Under the pieces are notes generated by a model, which worked only from the letters and a program-made list of their open reading frames with translations, made no database searches and was not told where the DNA came from. From Eubacteriales bacterium (GTDB lineage Bacteria; Bacillota; Clostridia; Oscillospirales; CAG-272): a DNA stretch of 39,102 bases. The translations under genes and the position numbers were made by a program. The DNA is taken from contig JAZOOW010000135.1 in NCBI GenBank assembly GCA_045655145.1, positions 1 through 39,102 of the forward strand, read 5' to 3'. This document shows, piece by piece, positions 8,023-17,679 of the stretch (its first letter is position 1; every line of letters starts with the position of its first letter).

Positions 8023-9012
8023 TCAAGCTTGCAGGCTTGCCTCTGCCGGAGTGGGGGTCTCCTTGCTCTGCTCCTCTGTGGGAAGCTCTGTGCGCAGGCA
8101 GGCACCGCGCGGAATGGAAAAGCAGAGTGCGCCGGGTACCGACTCGATCTCGACAAAATCCGTCATCTCCGGCTCGCCGTCCGCACAGATGTTGGTGGGA
8201 TGATCAAAGGTGATGCGGATCTTATCTGTCTGCATATATCGGATGTAAGGGGCGATGGCGGGGTTGTCAAGGTGCGTTCCGTTTTTATAGGAGCTGACCA
8301 TGCCGAGGAATTTTACGCGCGATAGCTTGTTGACAAGACAGACATCAAAAAGTCCGTCGGTCAAAGAGGCACGGGGGGCAGGCTGGAAGCCGCCGCCGTA
8401 AAAGGATCCGTTCGAGAAGGCGGTAAGCAGGAATTGGTTTTCAATAATACTTCCGTCAGCAAGCTCGATCTTCATCTGTGTGCCAAAGGGCTTGCAAAAG
8501 GTGATGGCTACGCCCGCTGCGTATGCAACACCGGATGGAATTAAGGGGCTTCGCTTGATTTCACTCGTCTTGATTGCCGCGGCACAGTCAAAGCCGATGT
8601 TGACGGCGTTGAGGGCAAAGCGGTCGTTATAACGGAGAAGGTCAAGGGCTTTTGCCTCACCGTCCAGCTGACGGTCAATATCAAAAAAGTTTTCAGCCCC
8701 TGAAAAATTGCGGGCAAAATCGTTGCCCGTCCCGATGGGAATAACCGCAAATTCCGCATTGGTGGCACGGGGCGCGCCGTTGATCACCTCGCAAAGCGTT
8801 CCGTCACCGCCACACGCATAAAAGCGATGACGCTCGTTACTCCGAAGCGATGTAACCGTGCGGACATATTCCGTGGCATCTCCGGGGCGGGTGGTGATGT
8901 GCAGCTCATAATCCACGCCGCGTAAACGGCAAATGCGGTGGATCTTACGAATGAGCGCATCCGTGACCTTACCCTTTCCGGCGGCAGGGTTGACCAAAAA
9001 ATGATGTGTCAT
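8023..9012 (-). CDS. Diacylglycerol-kinase-family lipid kinase (YegS/DagK/BmrU type, 329 aa)
   Basis: MTHHFLVNPAAGKGK N-terminus, the ACGGDGTL catalytic-domain motif, and IPIGTGNDFAR. Start moved to the ATG at 9012 (RBS AAGAGG). The track's upstream extension has no support. Confidence 0.8.
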   Translation of the reverse strand: MTHHFLVNPAAGKGKVTDALIRKIHRICRLRGVDYELHITTRPGDATEYVRTVTSLRSNERHRFYACGGDGTLCEVINGAPRATNAEFAVIPIGTGNDFARNFSGAENFFDIDRQLDGEAKALDLLRYNDRFALNAVNIGFDCAAAIKTSEIKRSPLIPSGVAYAAGVAITFCKPFGTQMKIELADGSIIENQFLLTAFSNGSFYGGGFQPAPRASLTDGLFDVCLVNKLSRVKFLGMVSSYKNGTHLDNPAIAPYIRYMQTDKIRITFDHPTNICADGEPEMTDFVEIESVPGALCFSIPRGACLRTELPTEEQSKETPTPAEASLQA

Positions 9013-9096
9013 AAAAAACCTCTTTTCAAAAAAGACGGATTGTGAACAGACCAAGAGTTATTATAGCACAATGTATGCGGTTTGTCAAATCAAATC

Positions 9097-9150
9097 GAAA
9101 AAGAGGCGTCCGCACGCACGGACAAAGCCATGGTCGGACGCCCTTTTTTT
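9097..9150. terminator. Hairpin terminator downstream of rarA
   Basis: GAGGCGTCCG ... CGGACGCCC stem flanked by AAAAA and TTTTTTT, with an inner GTCCG-CACGCA-CGGAC hairpin. It overlaps the rarA stop codon. Confidence 0.45.
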
Positions 9151-10387
9151 ACTTCTTATCTGCGGCGGCACGGATCATATCGTAATAGGTGCGTGCGGCC
9201 TGCTCGTTTTTGGTATTGCCGAATGTAAAGTAGCGGCGTGTGCGCAGATCATCCGGAAGATACTGTTGCTTGACATAGTGGTTTTCATAGTCGTGCGGAT
9301 AGACATACCCCTTATAGAGCGGTGCACGGAGATGCACGGGCGGGAGCGTGCCGCGGCCTGCCGTAACATCCTCCATGGCGGCATGATAAGCGAGGTACGC
9401 GCTGTTTGATTTCGGTGCTGTTGCCAGCGTGATGACGGCATTGGAGAGAGGGATGGCGGCCTCGGGAAGGCCGAGATCCTTAGCACTCTCCACACAGGCA
9501 CGGGTGATGACGGCGGCAAGCGGGTAGGCCTGCCCGATATCCTCACTGGCAATGACCTGCAAACGGCGGCAGGCCGAGAGAAGATCACCGCCTGCCAGGA
9601 TGCGTGCCAGATAAAAGATCGCCGCGTCGGGATCCGAGCCACGGATGGATTTCTGAAGGCCGGAGAGAAGATCGTAATGCACGTCACCCACCGTGTCGTA
9701 AGCACCGCCAAGCGCGGGGGCAAGCTCCTCCGCGCCCTCTCGCGTGATCACCGTGTCGGCGACGTAGTAGGCATTCTCTAAAATGCCGAGCGCACAGCGC
9801 ACGTCGCCCCCTGCCCGTTCTGCAAGTGCCGTCAGAACATCGTCCTCGGCGGTCTTTTCTGTCTTATTTTCCTTGTTCAGGAGTGCAAGGCCGCGCCGCA
9901 TGGCGGGCAGACATTCTGTCGGAGATACCGGCTTGAAGGTAAAGACAGAGGAGCGCGAGATCACGGCGGAGTAGATGGTCGCATAGGGGTTTTCCGTCGT
10001 GGAGGCAAGCAGGGTGATGCGTCCATCCTCCATGTATTCGAGGAGGGACTGCTGCTGCTTACGGTTAAAATATTGGATCTCATCAAGATAGAGAAGCACA
10101 CCGCCCGCCCCAAAGACATTGCCGGTCGAGGCCGCAACCTCCTTGACATCCGAAAGAGAGGCTGTGGTGGCATTGAGGCGATACAGCGGCAGTCCCGCGT
10201 GGGCGGCAATGATGGAGGCGGCGGTTGTTTTTCCCGTTCCGGGAGGACCGCTGAAGATCATATTGGTAATGCGTCCCGCGTCCAGAAGACGGCGCAGAAC
10301 ACCGTTTTTTCCAACAAGATGACTTTGCCCGACCATATCGTCAAGCGTTGTGGGGCGCAGGCGGTCGGCAAGCGGTTTTTGAGCCAT
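9149..10387 (-). CDS. rarA: Replication-associated recombination protein A (AAA+ ATPase RarA/MgsA, 412 aa)
   Basis: N-terminus PLADRLRPTTLDDMVGQSHL, Walker [10 protein letters not shown], and the MgsA C-terminal region (HYDLLSGLQKSIRGSDPDAA). Confidence 0.9.
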   Translation of the reverse strand: MAQKPLADRLRPTTLDDMVGQSHLVGKNGVLRRLLDAGRITNMIFSGPPGTGKTTAASIIAAHAGLPLYRLNATTASLSDVKEVAASTGNVFGAGGVLLYLDEIQYFNRKQQQSLLEYMEDGRITLLASTTENPYATIYSAVISRSSVFTFKPVSPTECLPAMRRGLALLNKENKTEKTAEDDVLTALAERAGGDVRCALGILENAYYVADTVITREGAEELAPALGGAYDTVGDVHYDLLSGLQKSIRGSDPDAAIFYLARILAGGDLLSACRRLQVIASEDIGQAYPLAAVITRACVESAKDLGLPEAAIPLSNAVITLATAPKSNSAYLAYHAAMEDVTAGRGTLPPVHLRAPLYKGYVYPHDYENHYVKQQYLPDDLRTRRYFTFGNTKNEQAARTYYDMIRAAADKK

Positions 10388-10423
10388 AGGATATTCCTTT
10401 CTGCAATAGATAGGTTGTAGAGG

Positions 10424-12577
10424 TCAGGAAACGGTGCTTTCCTGTATGCGGAAAAGGCGATCCACCTCGCTTCGGAGTGCCGCGTGTGCAGGGGAGGTGA
10501 GATGGGGGTCGTCGGCAAGCGTGGCACGCGCTTCACGGGCGGCACCTTCCATCAGCGCGGCATCGCTGCACAGGTAGGAAAGGCGGAGCGAGAGGCCTCC
10601 GCTTTGGCGGAGAGAGGCATCATAGGCCGAGGCAAAGAAATCACCGGGGCCTCTTTGTGCAAGATCCTGCTCTGCAATGGCATAGCCGTCATAGGTGGTG
10701 CGCATGACCTCAAGGCGTGCGCGCGCCGCGGCCCCCTTGGCATCGGATACAAGCACGCAATAGGCCTTGCGTGCGCCGCGTCCGACACGGCCGCGCAGCT
10801 GGTGAAGCTGTGAAAGACCAAATCGCTCTGCGTTTTCTACGATCATGAGCGTGGCACGCGGCACATTGACACCGACCTCAATGACGGTGGTGGATACGAG
10901 GATGTGCGTTTCTCCCTCGGAAAAGCGGCGCATGACGGTATCCTTTTCGGCGCTCTTCATTCGTCCGTGTAAAAAATCGACCGCAAGATCGGGAAAGACC
11001 TCCCGAAGCTCGGCGGCATAGGTCGTGGCGGCATGCAGGGGCGGCGTGTCCTCGCGCAAGGAGAGAAGATCAAGGCTGTCGAGCGGAAGCTCACCGCGCG
11101 TGGCATCTTCCTCCTCCTTGTCCTCTACCGCCGGACAGACGACATAGACCTGTCCGCCTTCCTTCACCTGCTTGCGGATAAAGGCGTAGAGACGCTCACG
11201 GTAGCTCTCATCCACCACATAGGTAGCTACGCGTTGACGGCCGGGCGGCATTTCATCAATACGGGATATATCCAGATCGCCGTACAGGGCAAGTGCCAGC
11301 GTACGGGGAATCGGTGTCGCACTCATGACCAAAAGATGAGAGCCCGCTCTTTTTTCCTTCAGATCGGCGCGCTGGCGTACACCAAAGCGGTGCTGCTCAT
11401 CGGTAACGGTCAGACCAAGGTTTTCAAAATGCAGCTTGTCGCTCAGGAGCGCATGCGTGCCGATGAGCAGGTCGATCTTTTCCTCACTCTCACCTGCAAC
11501 GGCGGCGCGGATGCGTTTTTTCTCCTTTTCGCTCGTCGCTCCCAAAAGAAGCTCCGTGCGGATGCCAAGGCGATCAAGGAGCGGAGCAAGATCTGCATGG
11601 TGCTGTCTTGCAAGAATTTCGGTAGGCACCATCAGGGCGGCCTGGTAGCCTGCGCGGGTTGCCGTGTAAATGGCGGCGGCGGCGCATACGGTCTTGCCGC
11701 AGCCCACATCCCCCACCAGAATGCGGTTCATCGGCGGCCGATCAAGCCCCTCCATGTCGGCACGGATTTCATCAATGACGCGTGCCTGGGCATCTGTCAG
11801 CCGATAGGGAAGGAGGTCGGTCAGCGGCCGAAGATCGGCAGGCGGGCAGGAGAGGGCGGTGTTTTCCGCACGGCGATTGCGCGACAGCCCCATGCCGAGC
11901 GAGAAGCAATAGAGCTCATCAAAGACCGTGCGGCGGAGTGCCGCAGACAAAAGGTCAGCGGATCGCGGCGCATGGATGTTCATCAATGCATAGGAAAGGG
12001 TGGGGAAACTGTATTTTTGTCGGATATCCTCGGGCAGATGGTCATTGAGGGTAGGTAAAACCATGCGCAGGGCGGTCAGCACCGCCTTTTCGACAACCTT
12101 TTGTGAAAGACCGTCCGAGAGTGGATATTTGGCAACAAATTCGGGAAGCTCTCCCGTGGGGAGCACAGGCTCATAGGTAGGGGAGGTCAGTTGAATACCG
12201 CCACGCCCCCGTGTCAGCTTGCCGTAGAAGCGGAAAAGCGCGCCCGTGTGGAAAACATCCTTGACATAGAGCTGATTGAAAAATACGACCTCCACGCTGC
12301 CGCTATCGTCAAAGGCGCGAAAGCGCGTGACCGACATGCCGCGGCGGACGGTTGCATGGCGCGGCTCGGAGGCAACCGTCAGGAGAAAGGAGCCAACCTC
12401 ACCGTCAAGGCGCGCAGACAGGAGGGAGATATTGCCGCGATGCTCATAGGCGCGCGGAAAGTGAAATACAAGATCGCGCAGTGTCTGAATACCCAGCCTT
12501 GAAAAAGCGGCGGCACGGGTGGTCCCGATGCCGGGCAGGTCGCGCACAAGGCTTTGTGCGTTCAGGGGTGCCTTCAT
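10424..12577 (-). CDS. recG: ATP-dependent DNA helicase RecG (717 aa)
   Basis: Wedge domain followed by the superfamily-2 helicase motifs GDVGCGKT, TDEQHRFG and LHGRM...; RBS GAGGAGGAGAG upstream. Only 36 nt and no terminator precede rarA, so the two are probably co-transcribed. Confidence 0.9.
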   Translation of the reverse strand: MKAPLNAQSLVRDLPGIGTTRAAAFSRLGIQTLRDLVFHFPRAYEHRGNISLLSARLDGEVGSFLLTVASEPRHATVRRGMSVTRFRAFDDSGSVEVVFFNQLYVKDVFHTGALFRFYGKLTRGRGGIQLTSPTYEPVLPTGELPEFVAKYPLSDGLSQKVVEKAVLTALRMVLPTLNDHLPEDIRQKYSFPTLSYALMNIHAPRSADLLSAALRRTVFDELYCFSLGMGLSRNRRAENTALSCPPADLRPLTDLLPYRLTDAQARVIDEIRADMEGLDRPPMNRILVGDVGCGKTVCAAAAIYTATRAGYQAALMVPTEILARQHHADLAPLLDRLGIRTELLLGATSEKEKKRIRAAVAGESEEKIDLLIGTHALLSDKLHFENLGLTVTDEQHRFGVRQRADLKEKRAGSHLLVMSATPIPRTLALALYGDLDISRIDEMPPGRQRVATYVVDESYRERLYAFIRKQVKEGGQVYVVCPAVEDKEEEDATRGELPLDSLDLLSLREDTPPLHAATTYAAELREVFPDLAVDFLHGRMKSAEKDTVMRRFSEGETHILVSTTVIEVGVNVPRATLMIVENAERFGLSQLHQLRGRVGRGARKAYCVLVSDAKGAAARARLEVMRTTYDGYAIAEQDLAQRGPGDFFASAYDASLRQSGGLSLRLSYLCSDAALMEGAAREARATLADDPHLTSPAHAALRSEVDRLFRIQESTVS

Positions 12578-12607
12578 AGCTCTCCTCCTCTCATATACTT
12601 TCTTTTT

Positions 12608-12636
12608 ATTTTACACCCAAAGCGCGCATATTGCAA
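12608..12636 (-). promoter_or_regulatory. Sigma-A type promoter for recG-rarA
   Basis: On the minus strand: -35 TTGCAA (12636-12631), 17-nt spacer, -10 TAAAAT (12613-12608). Confidence 0.4.
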
Positions 12637-12704
12637 GTTTTTTTTGGAAGTGGCAAAAAAAGCGGAGAATTTTGGAAAAAAAGAAGAAAGTTTACAAGGA
12701 ACTG

Positions 12705-12733
12705 TTTACAAAAGCGGCATCTTCTGCTATAAT
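12705..12733 (+). promoter_or_regulatory. Sigma-A type promoter for the yybS-like/gdpP/rplI/dnaB operon
   Basis: -35 TTTACA (12705-12710), 17-nt spacer, -10 TATAAT (12728-12733). Confidence 0.45.
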
Positions 12734-12788
12734 AAGATGAATACCTGTCAAAATATAAGGACAAAACGCGGAAGGAGAGTATTCGTTT

Positions 12789-13826
12789 ATGCATGCAGGG
12801 GAACATACGCGTAAGCACATGTGGCTTACCCTTTTGACCTTGGTGATCGGATATGCCATATACGGTGCGGTTGCATCGATGGGGCTCTCTCTCCTCTTTT
12901 TGGTCCTGACCGCCCTTCTTGCTGCCTATCAGGCAACTATTGGCAGGCGGTGCCATCCCGTTCTTTGTATTCTGCCTGCCCTCGTTTCGGTCGCGGTAGC
13001 CCTTTTCCTGTCACCCACGGTAGAAGCAGGTCTTCTTGCGCTTGCCGCCTTTATCCTTGGGATCCTCTTGGGAGAGGGGGCCCGTCGCGGTGAGGGACGG
13101 GCCATGCTTGCCGCCACGGCAACCGTAGGACTTTTGGCGGTCTTGGTTGCACTGGGGGCGTATCGTCTCCTTTTGATCTCACAGGAAACAGGTCAGACGG
13201 ACATCCTCGCTTGCTTGCATGATACCTTGACCGACCTGCGCAATACCTATGCGGAATTTCAACGGGAGGGCATCAAGTTTGTCGCATATTTTGCAGAGCA
13301 AGCGGGTGAGATCTACCCCCTGCCTACCGACGGGGCATTGCTGAAGGAAGCGTCCTATGTGATGTCGCTCATGCCGGGCGTGCTTCTGCTTTTGTGCAGT
13401 GCATATGCGCTGGGCATCACCTATCTTATGCAGCTTTTTGCCATGGCGGCCAATGATCGAAGCCTCTTTTCACGGAAAAATGCCGTGTATGAGCTGTCGG
13501 CGGTGTCTGCTGTTCTGTATCTCTTGGCACAGCTTATTCTCCTGTTCCACAATCAGCCCTCCTCCGTGCTGTCCTTGACCTGCATTAATACGGTAATCCT
13601 TCTTTGCCCGATGCTTGTCTTTGCAAAATGCAGAGATCTGCCACGTCTTTTTGGTTTCCTTCGGCGCTTTACCACGGGTGGGCTGGATTTCGCGGTGTGG
13701 GGGATCCTCACGGTGATGTTCTTCGTGCTTTATCTATCCTATCTGCTGCCGATCCTAGCGATCTGGCAGGCGATCTCTATCCTGAGGAGCATGCTTGCGC
13801 CCTCCCGTGCAGACGGGCCGCGTTAA
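12789..13826 (+). CDS. Polytopic membrane protein, YybS-like (DUF2232-type) by position
   Basis: The 345-aa product is strongly hydrophobic across multiple segments and lies immediately upstream of gdpP-rplI-dnaB, the position occupied by yybS in Bacillus. The family assignment rests on synteny, not on a recognised motif. Confidence 0.6.
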   Translation: MHAGEHTRKHMWLTLLTLVIGYAIYGAVASMGLSLLFLVLTALLAAYQATIGRRCHPVLCILPALVSVAVALFLSPTVEAGLLALAAFILGILLGEGARRGEGRAMLAATATVGLLAVLVALGAYRLLLISQETGQTDILACLHDTLTDLRNTYAEFQREGIKFVAYFAEQAGEIYPLPTDGALLKEASYVMSLMPGVLLLLCSAYALGITYLMQLFAMAANDRSLFSRKNAVYELSAVSAVLYLLAQLILLFHNQPSSVLSLTCINTVILLCPMLVFAKCRDLPRLFGFLRRFTTGGLDFAVWGILTVMFFVLYLSYLLPILAIWQAISILRSMLAPSRADGPR

Positions 13827-13845
13827 GCCTGCAGAAAGGTGTTTT

Positions 13846-15834
13846 ATGCAAAACAATCAAAAACGCATCGCCACGCGTCTGGATGTTGTTGTATGCGTGG
13901 CACTTTCCCTCCTGTTCACCGTCATATTCGGCTTTTGGGTGTCAGAAACGGAGATCCTTCCGCTTCTGGCTATGTTGAGTTGCGCCTTTGCGTATGCATT
14001 CATGCTGTTTGTATGGGTCGTCCTGCGTATGCGGACGGAGAGTGTTTGCAGCACGCGCCGCCTGCATGAGGCCTTTGGCGACGATTTGGAAAAGGCCTTG
14101 ACAGAGCTTCATCAGCCGGCACTGCTTTGTGATGAGAACGGCAGTATCCTGTGGTGTAACGCCATGCTGATTCGTATGATCGGCCGCCGTGATCTGATCG
14201 TAGGAGCCGAGATCGATGACGTTTGCAGGATCTCCCCGGAAAAGCTGTGCCACACAGATAACGTACAGGATATCGTTCTGATGGGCGGACGGCTTTACCG
14301 CTATGACGGTATCCGCTTCTCCCGCGAGGAGGGCAATCTCTTTTATGTCGTGTTTACCGATTGCACAGAGCTGGAGGAGCTCCGCCGCACCTACGAGGCG
14401 GAGAACACGGCTGTGGCGTATATCATTCTTGATAACATCGAGGAGGTCCTGCAATACGTGCAGGAGAGCTACCGTACAGCGGCTACAGCGGCAGAGGATG
14501 CCATCAAAAGCTGGGTCGGCGGCATGAACGGTGTCCTGAAGGCGTATGAAAAGGACAAGTATATTGCCTTCTTTAATGCAGAAAATCTGGCCGCGTGCCA
14601 GAAGGACCGCTTTTCCGTGCTTGACAGCGTGCGCTCGGTGCGTGTTGGTGACGGTATGCCGATCACGATCTCGATCGGCGTATCTGCCTTTGGCAATACG
14701 CTGGCAGAGAAGGAGGCAGCCGCGCAGGCAGCCCTCGATATGGCGCTCCAGCGCGGCGGTGACCAGGCGGTTCTTCGATCCGAAACGGGTGACCGTTACT
14801 TCGGCGGAAAGACCAAGGCTGTTCAGAAGCGTACCAACGTGCGTAGCCGTGTCGTAGCCAACGAGCTGAAAACGCTCTTCGCCAGAACCGAGAGTGTGCT
14901 CATTATGGGACATCGCTTCGGCGACTTCGATTCCTTTGGCTCGGCCATCGGTATTGCGCGCCTGGCAATGGTGCTGGGCTTGCATCCGCATATCATCGTC
15001 AATCGGCAGGATCCCAATCTGCTTCCTTGCTTTGAAAAGCTGGAGGAATTTGCCGAGTACGAGGATGTGTTCGTTGACGGCACGGAGGGCATGGATCTCA
15101 TTCGTCCCGATACGCTTTTGATCGTCGTGGATGTCAACAATATGCAGCATGTGGAATATCCCGACATTGTACAAAATGTCAATCAGGTCGTCATCATCGA
15201 CCACCACCGCAAAACAACCGCGTTCGTGCGCGAGCCGATCACGGCGTATATTGAGCCCTCTGCCTCCTCTGCCTCGGAGCTTGTGGCAGAGATCTTAGAG
15301 CAGCAGATGATGACAGGCATTCTCCGCAAGGAGGAGGCAGAGCTGCTTTTGGCAGGTATTCTCCTGGATACAAAGCAATTCTCCCGTAATACGGGTACCC
15401 GTACCTTTGCCGCGGCGCTGTATCTTCGCGGAGAGGGGGCTGTTCCCGGCGAGAGTACAGACCTCTTCCGCTCGGATGTGGATGACCTGACCAAGGAGGC
15501 GCGCTTCCATGCCAATGTGCTCATCTACCGTGAGCATGTAGCGATCTCTTATGTGGACGGCGATACGGATGCCTCCTACCGCGTGATTGCCGCCAAGGCG
15601 GCCGATAAGCTTTTGTCGGTCAAGGGGGTAAACGCCTCCTTTACCTTGGTTGCTATCGGGAATAAGATACACATTTCCGCACGCTCGGACGGCAGCATCA
15701 ACGTACAGCTGATCCTTGAGCGTCTGAATGGCGGCGGCCACTTTGATGTGGCAGGTGCACAGGTTGAGGGAGAGAGCATGCAAGCGGTCGTTACCCGTCT
15801 GCGCGCCTCTATTGATAAGTTTTTGGACAGATAA
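13846..15834 (+). CDS. gdpP: Cyclic-di-AMP phosphodiesterase GdpP (TM-PAS-degenerate GGDEF-DHH/DHHA1, 662 aa)
   Basis: Two N-terminal TM helices are followed by the DHH motifs (GHRFGDFDSFGS, VVDVNN, IIDHHR) and the DHHA1 motif GGGH. Start set at the ATG at 13846 (RBS GAAAGGTG), giving a GdpP-like length. Conserved yybS-gdpP-rplI-dnaB synteny supports the call. Confidence 0.85.
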   Translation: MQNNQKRIATRLDVVVCVALSLLFTVIFGFWVSETEILPLLAMLSCAFAYAFMLFVWVVLRMRTESVCSTRRLHEAFGDDLEKALTELHQPALLCDENGSILWCNAMLIRMIGRRDLIVGAEIDDVCRISPEKLCHTDNVQDIVLMGGRLYRYDGIRFSREEGNLFYVVFTDCTELEELRRTYEAENTAVAYIILDNIEEVLQYVQESYRTAATAAEDAIKSWVGGMNGVLKAYEKDKYIAFFNAENLAACQKDRFSVLDSVRSVRVGDGMPITISIGVSAFGNTLAEKEAAAQAALDMALQRGGDQAVLRSETGDRYFGGKTKAVQKRTNVRSRVVANELKTLFARTESVLIMGHRFGDFDSFGSAIGIARLAMVLGLHPHIIVNRQDPNLLPCFEKLEEFAEYEDVFVDGTEGMDLIRPDTLLIVVDVNNMQHVEYPDIVQNVNQVVIIDHHRKTTAFVREPITAYIEPSASSASELVAEILEQQMMTGILRKEEAELLLAGILLDTKQFSRNTGTRTFAAALYLRGEGAVPGESTDLFRSDVDDLTKEARFHANVLIYREHVAISYVDGDTDASYRVIAAKAADKLLSVKGVNASFTLVAIGNKIHISARSDGSINVQLILERLNGGGHFDVAGAQVEGESMQAVVTRLRASIDKFLDR

Positions 15835-15858
15835 CCCAAGATAGAAAGGAGATCGGAT

Positions 15859-16299
15859 ATGAAAGTTATTCTGATCAAGGATGTAAAGGGAAAGGGAAAA
15901 AAGGATCAGATGATCGATGTGCCGGACGGATATGCACGGAACTTCCTGTTCCCGCAAAAGCTGGCTATTCCGGCCGACAATAAAGCACAAAATGACCTGC
16001 GCGGCAAGGAAAGCGCACGTCTTCATAAGATCGAGGAGGATCGCCGTATTGCAACCGAAACAGCCGAGCGTCTCAAAGCGGTTACCCTGCATATTCACGG
16101 GCAGGCGTCACCGGACGGCAGACTGTACGGTGCCGTTACCTCCAAGGATGTGGCAGAGGAGCTTGCAAAGCAGACGGGCATCGTGGTCGACCGCCGCAAG
16201 CTGGAGATCGAAACCATCAAGACACACGGTACTTATCATGCAACCGTCAAGCTGTATACAGACATTGCCGCTACCTTTACCGTGGAGGTCGAGGCTTAA
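15859..16299 (+). CDS. rplI: 50S ribosomal protein L9
   Basis: [36 protein letters not shown] is the canonical L9 N-terminus. RBS AAAGGAG upstream. Confidence 0.95.
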   Translation: MKVILIKDVKGKGKKDQMIDVPDGYARNFLFPQKLAIPADNKAQNDLRGKESARLHKIEEDRRIATETAERLKAVTLHIHGQASPDGRLYGAVTSKDVAEELAKQTGIVVDRRKLEIETIKTHGTYHATVKLYTDIAATFTVEVEA

Positions 16300-16335
16300 A
16301 TCTCTGTAAAATCAACATGTGAGAAGGCGTATCGT

Positions 16336-17679
16336 ATGAATCAGGAAATCTTCAAAAAGATGCCGGTATCCATTGAGGCAGAGCAATCTGTCCTCGGCTC
16401 CATTCTCATCAAGCCGGAGTGCCTTGGGGACGTGACCGGTATTCTCGGCTCCGACGATTTTTATATGGAGGAGCATCGGCAGATCTTTGCGGCTATGAGT
16501 GAGATGTTTCTTGCCAGCCGTACCATTGATCCGGTTACGCTGATCAATGCGCTGGTGCAAAACGGTGCATATGCGAATGAGCAAAGCGGCACGGACTATA
16601 TCGCGCAGATCGCACGCATCGTCCCCAGCCCTCAGAATGTGAAGGATTACGCGCGCATCGTGCGCGAAAAGAGCGTGCTCCGCCGCCTCATTGAGGCCTG
16701 CGATGAGATCAGCACCACCGCGTACGGTGAGCAGGGCGAGGTGCGTCATATCGTAGACGCCGCCGAGCAGAAGATCTTTGAGATCGCGCAAAATCGCGAC
16801 TCAAGAGAGTTCCGTCACATCCGTGACATCATGTCCAATGTATACGGCGATCTGGAAGCACTTGCCGCTACACAGGGGAAGGTGGATCGCACAGTGACCG
16901 GCTTTTCCCGTCTTGACCGCGTGCTGGTCGAGATGGGCAAGGGCGACCTCATTCTGATCGGTGCGCGCCCCGGTATGGGTAAGACCAGCTTTGCTATGAA
17001 TATTGCAACCAACGTCGCCAAGGAAAGTCACCGCACGGTGTGCATCTTCTCGCTTGAAATGTCGGGTGAACAGCTTGTCAACCGTATGCTCTCCAGTGAG
17101 GCGATGGTGGACAGCCACAGCCTGCGCAGCGGAGAGATCAAGCCGGATGACTGGACGCGACTTGCCGATGCCGCCGCACAGCTTTCGGGCTGTGAGATCC
17201 TTGTTGACGACACAACGGGTGTGACCGTCACCGATATGAAGGCAAAGCTCCGCCGTGTGAAGAATCTCGGCCTTGTGGTGATTGACTATCTCCAGCTCAT
17301 GCAAAGCGGTAAAAACATTGATAACCGCGTGCAGGAGGTCAGCGATATTTCACGCAACCTGAAGATCATGGCCAAGGATCTTGGCGTGCCCGTTATTTGC
17401 TGTGCCCAGCTTTCGCGCGGACCTGAATCCCGTACCACCAAAAAGCCGATGCTCTCGGATCTGCGTGACTCGGGTGCGATCGAGCAGGACGCAGATGTTG
17501 TCATGTTCCTTTACCGCGACGAATATTATAAGGATCAGGACGGCACGCATGAGGATGCCAATGTTGCAGAGGTCATCGTGGCCAAAAACCGCCACGGCTC
17601 GACAGAAACCGTGCGGATGGGTTGGATCGGTCAGTTTACCAAATTCCGCACCCTCGATGAGGGGAGTGACCGCGCATGA
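16336..17679 (+). CDS. dnaB: Replicative DNA helicase DnaB (447 aa)
   Basis: PVSIEAEQSVLGSILI N-terminal domain, Walker A GARPGMGKTSF, and the RecA-like C-terminal domain (IDYLQLM, SQLSR-like AQLSRGPE). Confidence 0.95.
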   Translation: MNQEIFKKMPVSIEAEQSVLGSILIKPECLGDVTGILGSDDFYMEEHRQIFAAMSEMFLASRTIDPVTLINALVQNGAYANEQSGTDYIAQIARIVPSPQNVKDYARIVREKSVLRRLIEACDEISTTAYGEQGEVRHIVDAAEQKIFEIAQNRDSREFRHIRDIMSNVYGDLEALAATQGKVDRTVTGFSRLDRVLVEMGKGDLILIGARPGMGKTSFAMNIATNVAKESHRTVCIFSLEMSGEQLVNRMLSSEAMVDSHSLRSGEIKPDDWTRLADAAAQLSGCEILVDDTTGVTVTDMKAKLRRVKNLGLVVIDYLQLMQSGKNIDNRVQEVSDISRNLKIMAKDLGVPVICCAQLSRGPESRTTKKPMLSDLRDSGAIEQDADVVMFLYRDEYYKDQDGTHEDANVAEVIVAKNRHGSTETVRMGWIGQFTKFRTLDEGSDRA